From: an uncultured Candidatus Saccharibacteria bacterium
GTDB lineage: Bacteria > Patescibacteriota > Saccharimonadia > Saccharimonadales > Saccharimonadaceae
NCBI GenBank assembly: GCA_964469535.1
Contig: CAYXZG010000001.1
Location: forward strand, 1-58,009
Length of the DNA: 58,009 nucleotides
Direction: 5' to 3'
Each line of letters opens with the position of its first letter. Positions within the stretch are counted from its first letter, which is position 1. This document shows positions 7,914 through 17,362 of the stretch, piece by piece. The translations under genes were made by a program, and so were the position numbers. Under the pieces are notes generated by a model that was given only the letters and a program-made list of their open reading frames with translations, searched no databases and was not told where the DNA came from.

Positions 7914-8074
7914 GAAGTTTATGAATCCACTCCGACGCCCTGTCTTTGTCGTTTAGTGAATCCCTTAGTCTCCTTTTATCATCCGGTGGCGCTCTCCGGA
8001 GCGAATCGCTTTCGCTCCCGTGCTCCGGACCCGCGCCAGCCGGGAAACGATGCTAAAAGGAGACTAAGGGATTC
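7914..8074. repeat. Nested-palindrome element (MITE/REP-like) abutting the 3' end of cassette C
   Basis: 26-bp IR GAATCCCTTAGTCTCCTTTTATCATC (7958-7983) / GATGCTAAAAGGAGACTAAGGGATTC (8049-8074), one mismatch; inner stems; second copy at 57893-58009. Confidence 0.88.
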
Positions 8075-8131
8075 TATATACAGCAAAGGCTGAATATCTA
8101 TCATATTATATCTACCTACTAGAGGATACTA

Positions 8132-8542
8132 CTACTGAGTGAGGCAGCGAAGAGCGTAACCATCCGAGTAATAGGCCCCACTCGATAAACGCACATTATC
8201 GGAGCTAAGGCCCGTGCGCATGCTGAGTGCGTTTACGGCCGTAGAAGTATGTAGCCAACTTGAGAAACGAGTACCCTTCAGATTTAGGCCTTGTGGTATA
8301 AGCGTTTGAATCATGCCGGAAGGCATTGCGTAAAATGGTAATAATTGCACGTTGTAAAACATACCGTTATCTTCCCAAACACCCTTACCATCTCGGAAAC
8401 TGTCTTGATTAAGCTTCCAACCATAGTTATTCAGCATCATCCAAAAACTATTTTCTGCCATGATTGGATTATAGTATCCACCACTCTCATAATCCTCATC
8501 AACAATCCATTCACCTTTTGCATTTGGTAGTTGCCAGTGCTT
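8132..8542 (-). other. Variable cassette C: C-terminal half of FISUMP-like domain, probably silent
   Basis: KHWQLPNAKGEW...YGW...PFY...YALRCLTQ*; ORF-track start lies inside the antisense of cassette D. Confidence 0.75.
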
Positions 8543-8550
8543 TTCGGCCC

Positions 8551-8922
8551 ATCTGTCCCAAGCACTGGCAACTACCAAGAGCAAAATCAGACGGTACAAC
8601 CGCTGTATTGGTCGAGGAAAGTCTCTGGGGCATGCTCAAAGAATATGGCTGGACAGTTAATCACAATTGGTATCACGGACCGAACCAGTGGACGCAAAAT
8701 GGAACACAATATAACGGAGCTTCCGCCCCGTTTTATCTCATGCGGGCTGGCAATATAGCAAACACCTCAAAACTAACACGACCTATTGACGAATCTGGCC
8801 AAGGTGGTCTTATGCACGGCGCCACCAGTGCAGATATTTTCGGGCTAGAAGCAAATGTGATTAATGTTGGAGTTGGATATAGCCAAAGGCGTGGCACTTC
8901 CCTTCGCTGCCTCACCCAGTAG
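8551..8922 (+). other. Variable cassette D: C-terminal half of FISUMP-like domain, probably silent
   Basis: ICPKHWQLPR...YGW...PFY...GTSLRCLTQ*; back-to-back with C with only 17 bp between the 19-bp boxes. Confidence 0.75.
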
Positions 8923-8982
8923 TAGTATCCTCTAGTAGGTAGATATGTATGTGATAGTGATGTTCTATGCTATAATGTTAGC

Positions 8983-9696
8983 ATGAGGAAAGTCCAGGGT
9001 GAGGCGACCGAAAAAACGGAATTGTCGAGAGCGAAGTTTGCGGAAGGGCTGTGTTTTAAGAAATTGTTTATGATTTTTTTGATCGGGTCGGTATTCGGCA
9101 CGGTTTATGAGGATTTGTTGATCTATTGGCAGACTTTCCAGGCGACGGGTACGGGTGTGTGGATGCTGCATCGCGGCGTGATTTACGGGCCATTTAATGT
9201 GGTTTATGGGTTTGGAGCAGCGGTGATGTGCTGGGTGCTGCTGCGAAAGGCTTACAACAACTGGCAGATTTTTGGTTTGGCAGCGGTGCTTGGTGGTGTA
9301 GTAGAGTACGCAGTGAGTTTTTTGCAGGAGTTTTTTACGCACACAACTTCGTGGGACTATACCGGTTCGTTTTTGAGTATAAATGGGCGGACGACGGTGC
9401 CGATTATGATTTTTTGGGGATTCTTAGGGATTTTGTTGGTGAAAGTGGTTTATCCGTTTTGCTCGAATTTGATTGAAAAAATTCCACCGCAGGTTGGAAA
9501 TCCATTGTTTAATGTCCTATTGGTGCTGATGATCTTTGATATGCTGATTTCTTGGTCGGCGATCATTCGTCAGACTTTGCGGCATAATCAAATTCCTCCG
9601 TACACGCCAGTGGGTGAATTTTTGGACAGACATTATGATGACCAGTTTTTGCGCAAGTATTTTCCAAACATGGTGCATGAGGATTTAGAAAAATGA
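8983..9696 (+). CDS. CmpB/TMEM229-family (putative ABC transporter permease) membrane protein
   Basis: HRGVIYGPFNVVYGFG, VEYAVS, WDY, INGR motifs; paralog at 51378-52127. Confidence 0.8.
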   Translation: MRKVQGEATEKTELSRAKFAEGLCFKKLFMIFLIGSVFGTVYEDLLIYWQTFQATGTGVWMLHRGVIYGPFNVVYGFGAAVMCWVLLRKAYNNWQIFGLAAVLGGVVEYAVSFLQEFFTHTTSWDYTGSFLSINGRTTVPIMIFWGFLGILLVKVVYPFCSNLIEKIPPQVGNPLFNVLLVLMIFDMLISWSAIIRQTLRHNQIPPYTPVGEFLDRHYDDQFLRKYFPNMVHEDLEK

Positions 9697-10919
9697 TCGG
9701 GTTAGGATTGGTCTGCTTATTGGTATCGTTGAGCCTGTTTGTACGTGGGCGGAGGGTTCTGAAATTTAATACAGTGAGGCTAATGGTGCAGGGCCCGAAT
9801 CCGCGGCCAGCGATTTTGATACCAGCGCGTGACGAGAGTAAGGTGATTGAAGGGCTCTTGGATAGCATTGAAAAACAATCAGTAACCATGCATCCGGATG
9901 ATGTATACGTGATCGTTGAGGATGCGCTGGATCCAACCGTGGAGATTTGTCGAAAGCGGGGAGTGAGTGTGATTGTGCGCGAAAAGTTAAACGGGCGGCG
10001 GCGCAAGGGTTTTGCGCTCGACGATGCGGTGAAAGAAATCTTAAAGCACAAGCATTACGATGTATATTTTATTTTTGATGCGGATAATCGTCTTGCCAAA
10101 AATTATCTTGAGAAGATGCTAATGACTTATGCACGAGGATATCAGATGGCGACGGGATATCGTCACTCGAAAAACGCGAATACAAATGTGATTGCGGCGG
10201 TTTCGAGTTTGACATTTTCGATGATAAACGTTTTGGGTAATACGGGGAGGTTAAAACATGGCGCAAATATGATTTTTTCTGGTACGGGGTGTTATGTGGA
10301 TGGGAAGTTAGTCGAAAAGTGGAAGGGTTGGCCTTTTCGGAGTTTGACGGAAGATTACGAAATGTCGCTTTACGCAACACTGCATGGGATTTCGACTTTT
10401 TATAATGACCAGGCGGTGTTTTATGATGAGCAGCCAGTGCGTTTTGGTCAGACGGTTGACCAGAGAGTGCGGTGGATCAAGGGATATTTTGGGGCTCGAA
10501 AAAAATATGTCCCCTTGATCAAGCGACGAATCGCCTCAATGAAAAAAAGTGGGACGGAGGGCTGCGGAAACTACGGGAGTTTAGTGCGGGAAGTTTTGGG
10601 TGTGAAGGCGGTGATTTGGTTGATCGTAGGCTTGATTTTGTTGACTCTGGGTGGAGTGTTTTGGGCGATATGGCTGAGTCAAGCTCTAGTTGCGGTTGGA
10701 ATGATTGTGGGTGTGGTGGCAGTCGTATATTTAGTTTTAGTGGTGGTGACGATCTTGATGGTGAAACGCGAAAAAATGCGACTAAGGTCAGGAGTGAAGT
10801 GGCGAGCAGTTTTGTTTAACCCGATTTATCTGGTGACGTATATTTGGTGTGCGCTGAAGGCTCTGCTTAGTAAAGATGTAGCCTGGAAAAAGATTGAGCA
10901 CGGAGCGAAGATAAGATGA
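9693..10919 (+). CDS. Family 2 glycosyltransferase (processive-type)
   Basis: LIPARDE, KGFAL, FDAD, LTED, QRVRW motifs; C-terminal TMs. Confidence 0.9.
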   Translation: MIGLGLVCLLVSLSLFVRGRRVLKFNTVRLMVQGPNPRPAILIPARDESKVIEGLLDSIEKQSVTMHPDDVYVIVEDALDPTVEICRKRGVSVIVREKLNGRRRKGFALDDAVKEILKHKHYDVYFIFDADNRLAKNYLEKMLMTYARGYQMATGYRHSKNANTNVIAAVSSLTFSMINVLGNTGRLKHGANMIFSGTGCYVDGKLVEKWKGWPFRSLTEDYEMSLYATLHGISTFYNDQAVFYDEQPVRFGQTVDQRVRWIKGYFGARKKYVPLIKRRIASMKKSGTEGCGNYGSLVREVLGVKAVIWLIVGLILLTLGGVFWAIWLSQALVAVGMIVGVVAVVYLVLVVVTILMVKREKMRLRSGVKWRAVLFNPIYLVTYIWCALKALLSKDVAWKKIEHGAKIR

Positions 10920-11644
10920 GCATGACTTATCGAAAACGGCGGATTATGGCGGTTTGCTCGGCCGTGGTGGCGTTGATCGGGGTCGTGATCGCGAATCCGA
11001 GTAGCTATGAGGCGGCGACGGAGACGCAAGAAGCGAGCGAAACACGAACGAATGTAGTGGATCCGGAAGCGCCGTTAGCGGCGGAAGTTCTAGGGCGGAT
11101 CGAGACGAAAGGGCGTGCACCGAAGACAGGCTATGAGCGGACGGAGTTTTATAGCGCTTGGCCGAAGATAGACGGATGTAGCTTGCGTCAGATTATTATT
11201 AAACGCGAGATGGGAGATTCGGCGCAGTTAGCGGATGACCGGTGCACGGTGGTTGCGGGTGAATTTGTCGAACCCTATACTGGAAAAAGTGCGAAGTTCG
11301 CAGCGAAAACGGAGCTTTCTCAGGAAATTCAGGTTGATCATGTAGTGGCGCTGTCGGATGCGTGGCAAAAGGGGGCGCAGTATTTATCAGCGGAAACGCG
11401 TTACGAGATAGCGACGGACCCGCTGAATTTATTGGCGGTGGATGCGGACGCAAATCAGCAAAAATCGGATGGCGATGCAGCGACATGGTTGCCGTCGAAT
11501 AAGTCGTTTCGGTGTCAATACGTAGCGCGGCAAATTTCGGTGAAATATAAATATGGGCTTTGGGTGACACAAGCGGAGCGTGAAGCGATGGAACGGGTTC
11601 TAGAGCCATGTCCGAATGAGCGGGCAGTGGGCGTAAAATTATGA
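10916..11644 (+). CDS. Secreted HNH endonuclease (DUF1524-like)
   Basis: N-terminal signal/TM; VDHVVALSDAW, DPLNLLAV, NQQKSD, WLP motifs. Confidence 0.82.
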   Translation: MSMTYRKRRIMAVCSAVVALIGVVIANPSSYEAATETQEASETRTNVVDPEAPLAAEVLGRIETKGRAPKTGYERTEFYSAWPKIDGCSLRQIIIKREMGDSAQLADDRCTVVAGEFVEPYTGKSAKFAAKTELSQEIQVDHVVALSDAWQKGAQYLSAETRYEIATDPLNLLAVDADANQQKSDGDAATWLPSNKSFRCQYVARQISVKYKYGLWVTQAEREAMERVLEPCPNERAVGVKL

Positions 11645-12328
11645 TTATTTTTTAAGAAGATTATAGATGTCTTTGTGGATCGAGTCGATGCTGCGGACGC
11701 GAGTGCCGGAGTTGGTGGCGCAGTCGATCATGTGCCAGTGGCAATATTCGGCAACGAACATGGCGTTTTCTTGGATTTTGCGCATGAATTCGAGGTTTCT
11801 TTCATACACATCATTTTTGATTCCCTCATTGGTACTGCGCCCGTAGCGAAGTTTTGTGACGAGTTCAAAAGGCATATAGAGGAAGAAAACATGGTCAGGA
11901 CAACGAATGTCAAGTTTGTTGTATTCAAAATCTTCGACATAATCGATGAAAGCGCGTTTTTCGCGGAGCGTATCAAAGGTGGCGGATTGATAAATGAGGC
12001 TTGAAGTAGTATATCGATCAAGTAAAATGGTGTGACCACGGCGATAAGCGACGGAGAGCTTAGTGCGCCAGGTGATCGCGCGATCGGTAGCATAGAGAGT
12101 GTTGATAAAATAAGGCGAGAGCGTGTTCGGCTCACCGTAGGCGCCGCTAAGATACATTTCGACAGCTTTGCCTTGATAGGAGTAATAAGTTGGGAAATGG
12201 TGCTTAGTAATGCGTTGGCCGTCGGATTTGAGCCGTTCGGCGAGACGTTCGATTTGGGTGGTTTTGCCGATGCCGTCAGAAGCACCTTCAATGACGATGA
12301 GCTGCCCAACTTTTGGTTCTTTATTCAT
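11645..12328 (-). CDS. tmk: Thymidylate kinase
   Basis: IEGASDGIGKTTQ P-loop; LLDRYTTSS. Confidence 0.88.
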   Translation of the reverse strand: MNKEPKVGQLIVIEGASDGIGKTTQIERLAERLKSDGQRITKHHFPTYYSYQGKAVEMYLSGAYGEPNTLSPYFINTLYATDRAITWRTKLSVAYRRGHTILLDRYTTSSLIYQSATFDTLREKRAFIDYVEDFEYNKLDIRCPDHVFFLYMPFELVTKLRYGRSTNEGIKNDVYERNLEFMRKIQENAMFVAEYCHWHMIDCATNSGTRVRSIDSIHKDIYNLLKK

Positions 12329-12357
12329 AAATCATCCTTGGAGTTATTATAACATGA

Positions 12358-13344
12358 TTATTCTGGTGATGGCGTTACAAAATACTCGAGAAGTTGGGTG
12401 CGGAGGATGTCAAGTGGAGTTTGGCTGCTGAGTGGGGTGGCTTGTTCGTAGGCGAAGTGCGGCGTAATCGTGATGGCATGGCGGACGGAGTCGGGATAAA
12501 GTGTAGGGCTCAAGCCGAGAGTTTGGAGAGCGTTAAGAATGACATCGGGAGCATAGGAATAAGTAACTTGCGTGCCATTAGCGTAGCCGGCGGTCTCGTC
12601 GCCGTTGGGTAGCCAAGAAATGAGGCTGAATGCGCCTGTGGCGGAGATGAGAATATAGTCACGGATTGATTGGACATCGTCGAGCGAATCAGTATAGAAA
12701 ATGCGAAGTTTTAGACGATCATGAGTCAAGAGAAGCTGTCGAATGGGTTCGAGATAATGATCGATGAGATCCTCTGGCGAGGTAGCAGGAAGCAGAATGG
12801 CGAGTTCGTCGGGAAGATTGGCTTGGTCGAGTTCGCGATATAGGTAATAAGAAGCAGGAAAGAGGTTGTTAATTGTAGAGTTAGCGGTTTGTCCGAGATA
12901 GGTAGCGTTGCTGCGAATAATTTTAGCGTCAGCGTTCGCGGGATTAAAGACGGAGTAGACTTCGTGAGTATTTTGACATTCAAAAAGCCCGGAAGTTCCA
13001 TCGGCTAGGAAAACCAAATTGTACGATGATTGACAGAGAGTAAACACTTGGTCGGAAAGATCCTGGGGCACGCTCTCGAGCTTAGCGGCGGTTTGAGCGG
13101 CTGCAACGGCGTCAAGATCGATTTTCTGGCGAGCCGGATCGGAAGATTGAGCAAAGATATAGATACTGATACAGACGATACCAATAATGATCCCGATTAC
13201 TATAACGGCGATTGACAGGCGAGTAAAAAGACGAGATTGCACTCTAGCGCGGGTTTTTGAGGCTCTTTTGACGGCGAGTGGACGCGTTGGCCACAAGAGC
13301 TCTTGGGTGGTCGTGGTAGCGGAGCGAGATTTTTTACCTTCCAT
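12358..13344 (-). CDS. Hypothetical single-pass membrane protein
   Basis: 328-aa ORF with one N-terminal TM; TATAAT 5 nt upstream of ATG. Confidence 0.7.
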   Translation of the reverse strand: MEGKKSRSATTTTQELLWPTRPLAVKRASKTRARVQSRLFTRLSIAVIVIGIIIGIVCISIYIFAQSSDPARQKIDLDAVAAAQTAAKLESVPQDLSDQVFTLCQSSYNLVFLADGTSGLFECQNTHEVYSVFNPANADAKIIRSNATYLGQTANSTINNLFPASYYLYRELDQANLPDELAILLPATSPEDLIDHYLEPIRQLLLTHDRLKLRIFYTDSLDDVQSIRDYILISATGAFSLISWLPNGDETAGYANGTQVTYSYAPDVILNALQTLGLSPTLYPDSVRHAITITPHFAYEQATPLSSQTPLDILRTQLLEYFVTPSPE

Positions 13345-13428
13345 GTTTAATTATAGTTTAGCACAAGTTTTAAAGTTGTAAAGAATGGCCGTTGGTTCTT
13401 AGGTAAAGAATGTGATATAATTTAGGTT

Positions 13429-14415
13429 ATGAATTTGAAAGTAGGAATCGTAGGTTTACCGAACGTTGGGAAATCGACATTGTTTAATGCTCTGACGAAT
13501 GCGGGAGCTTTGGCCGCGAACTATCCGTTTGCGACGATTGAGCCGAACGTGGGAATTGTGCCAGTTCCTGATTCGCGGTTGGATGTCTTGGCAAAAATGT
13601 ACGAAACAGAAAAGAAGGTGCCGGCGACCGTGGAGTTTGTTGATATTGCGGGGTTGGTCGAGGGCGCATCAAAAGGTGAAGGGTTGGGTAATAAATTCTT
13701 AGCGCATATTCGGGAATGTCAGGTGATTTGCCACGTAGTACGCGTGTTTGAGGATGCGGACGTAATTCGTGCGGAAGGTTCAAAAGATCCGAAGCACGAT
13801 ATTGATGTGATCAATACGGAGCTGGAACTAGCGGATCTTGAAACGCGTGAGAAAGTGGATGCAAAGCGGAAGAAAAGTGCGAAGAATGATTCAGAAACGG
13901 TGATTCCCTATTTGATGGATAAACCTGTGATCTACATGTTTAATGTGGACGAAAAAGAGCTGGGGGATACGGAGCTACGCGACCGTTTGACGAAGATGGT
14001 GGCGCCGAGCCAGGCGGTATTCGTAAACGCGAAATTAGAGTCGGAAATGTCGGGTATGTCGGCGGAAGAGCGAAAAGAGTTTCTGGCGGAATATGGAGTC
14101 GAGGAGGATGCACTCAGTGAGTTGATTCGAGCAGCCTACAAGACCTTAGGGTTACAAAGTTTTTTGACGGCGGGTAAGAAAGAAGTGCGAGCTTGGACGA
14201 TTCGGACTGGCGCAACGGCTCCAGAAGCGGCGGGGACGATCCATTCGGATTTTGAGCGAGGGTTTATTGCGGCGGAAGTGATGAAGTTTGATGATCTGGC
14301 AGAATTAGGGTCGGAGCAGGCTGTAAAAGCCGCGGGAAAGCTACGGACGGAGGGAAAAACTTACGTGATGGAAGACGGAGACGTCGTAGAGTTCCGGTTT
14401 AATGTTTCAAAGTAG
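13429..14415 (+). CDS. ychF: Redox-regulated ATPase YchF
   Basis: GIVGLPNVGKST, ANYPFATIEPN, DIAGLV, C-terminal TGS domain. Confidence 0.96.
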   Translation: MNLKVGIVGLPNVGKSTLFNALTNAGALAANYPFATIEPNVGIVPVPDSRLDVLAKMYETEKKVPATVEFVDIAGLVEGASKGEGLGNKFLAHIRECQVICHVVRVFEDADVIRAEGSKDPKHDIDVINTELELADLETREKVDAKRKKSAKNDSETVIPYLMDKPVIYMFNVDEKELGDTELRDRLTKMVAPSQAVFVNAKLESEMSGMSAEERKEFLAEYGVEEDALSELIRAAYKTLGLQSFLTAGKKEVRAWTIRTGATAPEAAGTIHSDFERGFIAAEVMKFDDLAELGSEQAVKAAGKLRTEGKTYVMEDGDVVEFRFNVSK

Positions 14416-16168
14416 ACGCTTTGTAAAATCGTTTTTGTTCGGAATTTATGCGAGCGAAAAGCGGTCCGAGAACGTTTTCGGTGTATTCAAGGGGTGAGAG
14501 TTTGCCGTTGATATAAACATCCTGCGCAGTGGTTTGGACGTCGGAGATTTGGGCGGATTGCGCCGAATTTGCAACAAAGACGGATTCTTGATGAGAAATG
14601 TCTGGGCGAAGCGATTTACGATTTAGGGAAATTTCACAGAAGAGAGGGCCAAGCTTCCAATTGTGGCTAGTAGCTTCAGGGAGAACTGCGCCAAAATCAA
14701 GACTGAGGATTTCGTTGGCAACGCCATGAAGTTTGGCAAAAATCGTAAATAATTCTGCAAGCTCGTTGTGAGCGGAGGTGGTGGTGAGATGATAAATTTT
14801 TTCGTCGCGCGGTAAAAGAGCGGCAAGATTGGCGTAAGTTATGCGCATATGGTCGGTGTATCTCGGATCGGCACCTAAAAGGTCATCGACGAAACTTTGA
14901 AGGAATTCGTCTTCGTTTCGCAGATTGACAATTTCAGGGCTATAAACATAGTCACGAGAAAAACAAAGACCGTAGAGAAGTTGGCGCAAGTTCGTATTTT
15001 TCGGGGAGTAAGTTTCGAGTAAGCGGAGGATAATATGACGATTTTGGGCGCTATCATGACGATTAACTAGCGTCCAGATATTGGCACAGAGGAGGTTCTG
15101 AAGGGTGAGCTGGTCGGTACTGAGAATGTGATGATCAGCTAAATCGATTTGACATTTTTTTGCGAGGTCAATGAACTCTGTATTGCGAGCGTCGCAGAGG
15201 ATAAATTGACGATCAGTGAATTGCGAAGCGAGAAAAACGAGATGATGGAGAAAAGCTAGATCGATATTCGTTCTGACAAGACCGAAATTTTGCCAGAAAT
15301 CTTTGGGCGCTTGATCATCGCTTTGATGAGACAATCGGCGAAATTCTTCTTCGGTGTGGAGAGTAGCAGCATTGAGCAGGTTGGCGATACGGTTTTGGCC
15401 AAACCATGTGCGGAAGCCGCGTAAGCGTATTGGACGATAATGAAAGGCGTTACTCCCGGCATGTCGGGCGGCAGTATAGTCGGTCTGATGCTGATCGCCG
15501 ATGTGGAGATTAAAGGCTAGGTCGAAATCGGGAGCTAGAGTTTTATTGTCATGAAGATTCTCTAATACCTTTTGTAGCGAGTCGGCGTCGGGATTGACTT
15601 CGATAAAAGATGTACCGTCGTCGAAAATACTAATACCGAAGGCGTTAAGATAGGATTGGATTTGGGATTTTGTGTAATGTTCGGTGGCAAGGTAGAAGAT
15701 TTTTAGGTTGGGGAAAGATTGTTTGAGGGTGGCTAAGGTTTTGATTAGTTTATGATTAGGTATGAGGTTGTTGAATTTAGCCTCGAGGTCGCGTTGAAGC
15801 ATGGTGCGGATAAGGCCAGCGCGAGTTTCGAGATCGAGCGTGCGATGATATTTTTGGCAGAGATAATCAATGACGGCGGTGAACCATAGATCAAAAGTGA
15901 GCGATTCATGGCCGTAATGCTCTAATTGCTGAAAAACGTAGCGTCGAACCGAGTAAAGTTCGTAGGCACTGATATTTTGAGAAATGGTGGTCTGAAAAGT
16001 GTCGACCCATTTTGTAACCGAATCGAGCTCTTGAAGGCCTTCGGGCCAGGTCTTGTTGAGAAGAATTGTATCAAAAACGTCGACCGTGAGACTACGGATT
16101 TGATGCTTTCTAATAATTTGGGCGATTTGGGGAGTTAAAAAATCCATGATTTCCTTTTCCGCCCACAC
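14399..16168 (-). CDS. HAD-superfamily-like protein with unknown C-terminal domain
   Basis: VDVFDT (motif I) and LHIGDQHQTDY (motif IV); start may be ATG 16147. Confidence 0.6.
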   Translation of the reverse strand: MWAEKEIMDFLTPQIAQIIRKHQIRSLTVDVFDTILLNKTWPEGLQELDSVTKWVDTFQTTISQNISAYELYSVRRYVFQQLEHYGHESLTFDLWFTAVIDYLCQKYHRTLDLETRAGLIRTMLQRDLEAKFNNLIPNHKLIKTLATLKQSFPNLKIFYLATEHYTKSQIQSYLNAFGISIFDDGTSFIEVNPDADSLQKVLENLHDNKTLAPDFDLAFNLHIGDQHQTDYTAARHAGSNAFHYRPIRLRGFRTWFGQNRIANLLNAATLHTEEEFRRLSHQSDDQAPKDFWQNFGLVRTNIDLAFLHHLVFLASQFTDRQFILCDARNTEFIDLAKKCQIDLADHHILSTDQLTLQNLLCANIWTLVNRHDSAQNRHIILRLLETYSPKNTNLRQLLYGLCFSRDYVYSPEIVNLRNEDEFLQSFVDDLLGADPRYTDHMRITYANLAALLPRDEKIYHLTTTSAHNELAELFTIFAKLHGVANEILSLDFGAVLPEATSHNWKLGPLFCEISLNRKSLRPDISHQESVFVANSAQSAQISDVQTTAQDVYINGKLSPLEYTENVLGPLFARINSEQKRFYKASTLKH

Positions 16169-16225
16169 TTTTATTGTATTATACTATATTGTTTGATTTG
16201 CGTCTAGTAGTAATTGATAAGGAAG

Positions 16226-17356
16226 TTATTCTTCTAAAATAAGCCACTCATTAACCGTATAATTTTTGCCGCTAACTGACGCGACGGCTAGAAGAGGCTG
16301 TAGACTCGAAAATTGATAGTTCTCGGAGAGAAACTTGTTGGCGGCATAAGACATTTGGGTGTACTTGGTTTTTGTAATTTGCGCAAGACCGTCACCATGT
16401 GAACTCGTTTCGCGGTACTTTACTTCAGTGAAATAAATGTTTTGATTTTTTTGCGAAATGATGTCGATTTCATACGTGGCGGTACGAAAATTATGCGCGA
16501 TGATTTGGTGGTTCTTAGCGATGAGGTATTGAATGATGGCACGTTCGGCATGTTGGCCACGTGCGGTGGTGCTCTGGAGAGAAGGCGTGTCGGGTGCTTG
16601 ATTTGAAGAGTGATTGTGTTCAAGTATTTCGTTCTGTCGGGGGTGGATAACGCAAACGGGATCGAAATTTTGGGCGATGTTTTGAATTGGGTGGAAAGAG
16701 AAGCGATGTTCTGGGCAAGGGCCAAGATGGAGCAGGGCGGTTTTGTGGGCAGCGGTGCCATAGCCGACATGCTTTTCAAAACCGTAGTTCGGATATTGAC
16801 GCGATAACGCAATCATGTAGTTGTCACGAGCGACTTTGGCGATAATGGAAGCTGCGGAGACTTCCTTAACTAATAAATCAGCTTTTTTGAGGAGCGTAAC
16901 CTTTTGTTCGAGTGGCGTGTTCTCGAGCAGGTTGATCGTGCCGTCGATAATAACCGTATCGAAAGGAATTTTCTGCTTGAGAACTATTTTGGTGGCACGA
17001 CGAGCGGCGAGCTTGAGGGCGGCGCCTAAGCCGTAACGATCGATTTCTTGGCTGCTGGCCCAGCCTAGCCCGGTTGCGGCGGCGTTTTTAAGTACGAAAT
17101 CAGACAGGACGGTGCGTCTTTTGGCGCTAAGCTTTTTGGAGTCGGTAAGAGCTTGCCAGGATTGATACAATTCGGACATGGGAGGGTCGAGCGAGGTCGC
17201 CTGGGTGGTCAGATCGGATGAATCTGTTGGGTGTTGTGGGTTGAAATTTTTAAAATTGAGAAAGCTTGGCCCGAGAATGGCGGCACCGACGACAAGCGGT
17301 CCCGCCCAGGGACCGCGTCCAACTTCATCAAGTCCAAGAATGATTTTGGAAGCCAC
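16226..17356 (-). CDS. rnhB: Ribonuclease HII fused to YraN/UPF0102 endonuclease
   Basis: GLDEVGRG, DSKKL, AASIIAKV.RD, GYGT; C-terminal GQHAE...NFR...EIDII...FTEVKYR. Confidence 0.88.
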   Translation of the reverse strand: MASKIILGLDEVGRGPWAGPLVVGAAILGPSFLNFKNFNPQHPTDSSDLTTQATSLDPPMSELYQSWQALTDSKKLSAKRRTVLSDFVLKNAAATGLGWASSQEIDRYGLGAALKLAARRATKIVLKQKIPFDTVIIDGTINLLENTPLEQKVTLLKKADLLVKEVSAASIIAKVARDNYMIALSRQYPNYGFEKHVGYGTAAHKTALLHLGPCPEHRFSFHPIQNIAQNFDPVCVIHPRQNEILEHNHSSNQAPDTPSLQSTTARGQHAERAIIQYLIAKNHQIIAHNFRTATYEIDIISQKNQNIYFTEVKYRETSSHGDGLAQITKTKYTQMSYAANKFLSENYQFSSLQPLLAVASVSGKNYTVNEWLILEE

Positions 17357-17362
17357 AAAGAT

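Noticed and set aside
7689-8093. 134-aa ORF spanning the Ubl gene, terminator and palindrome
   Set aside because: It crosses a terminator and a non-coding repeat that recurs at 57893 without an ORF context.
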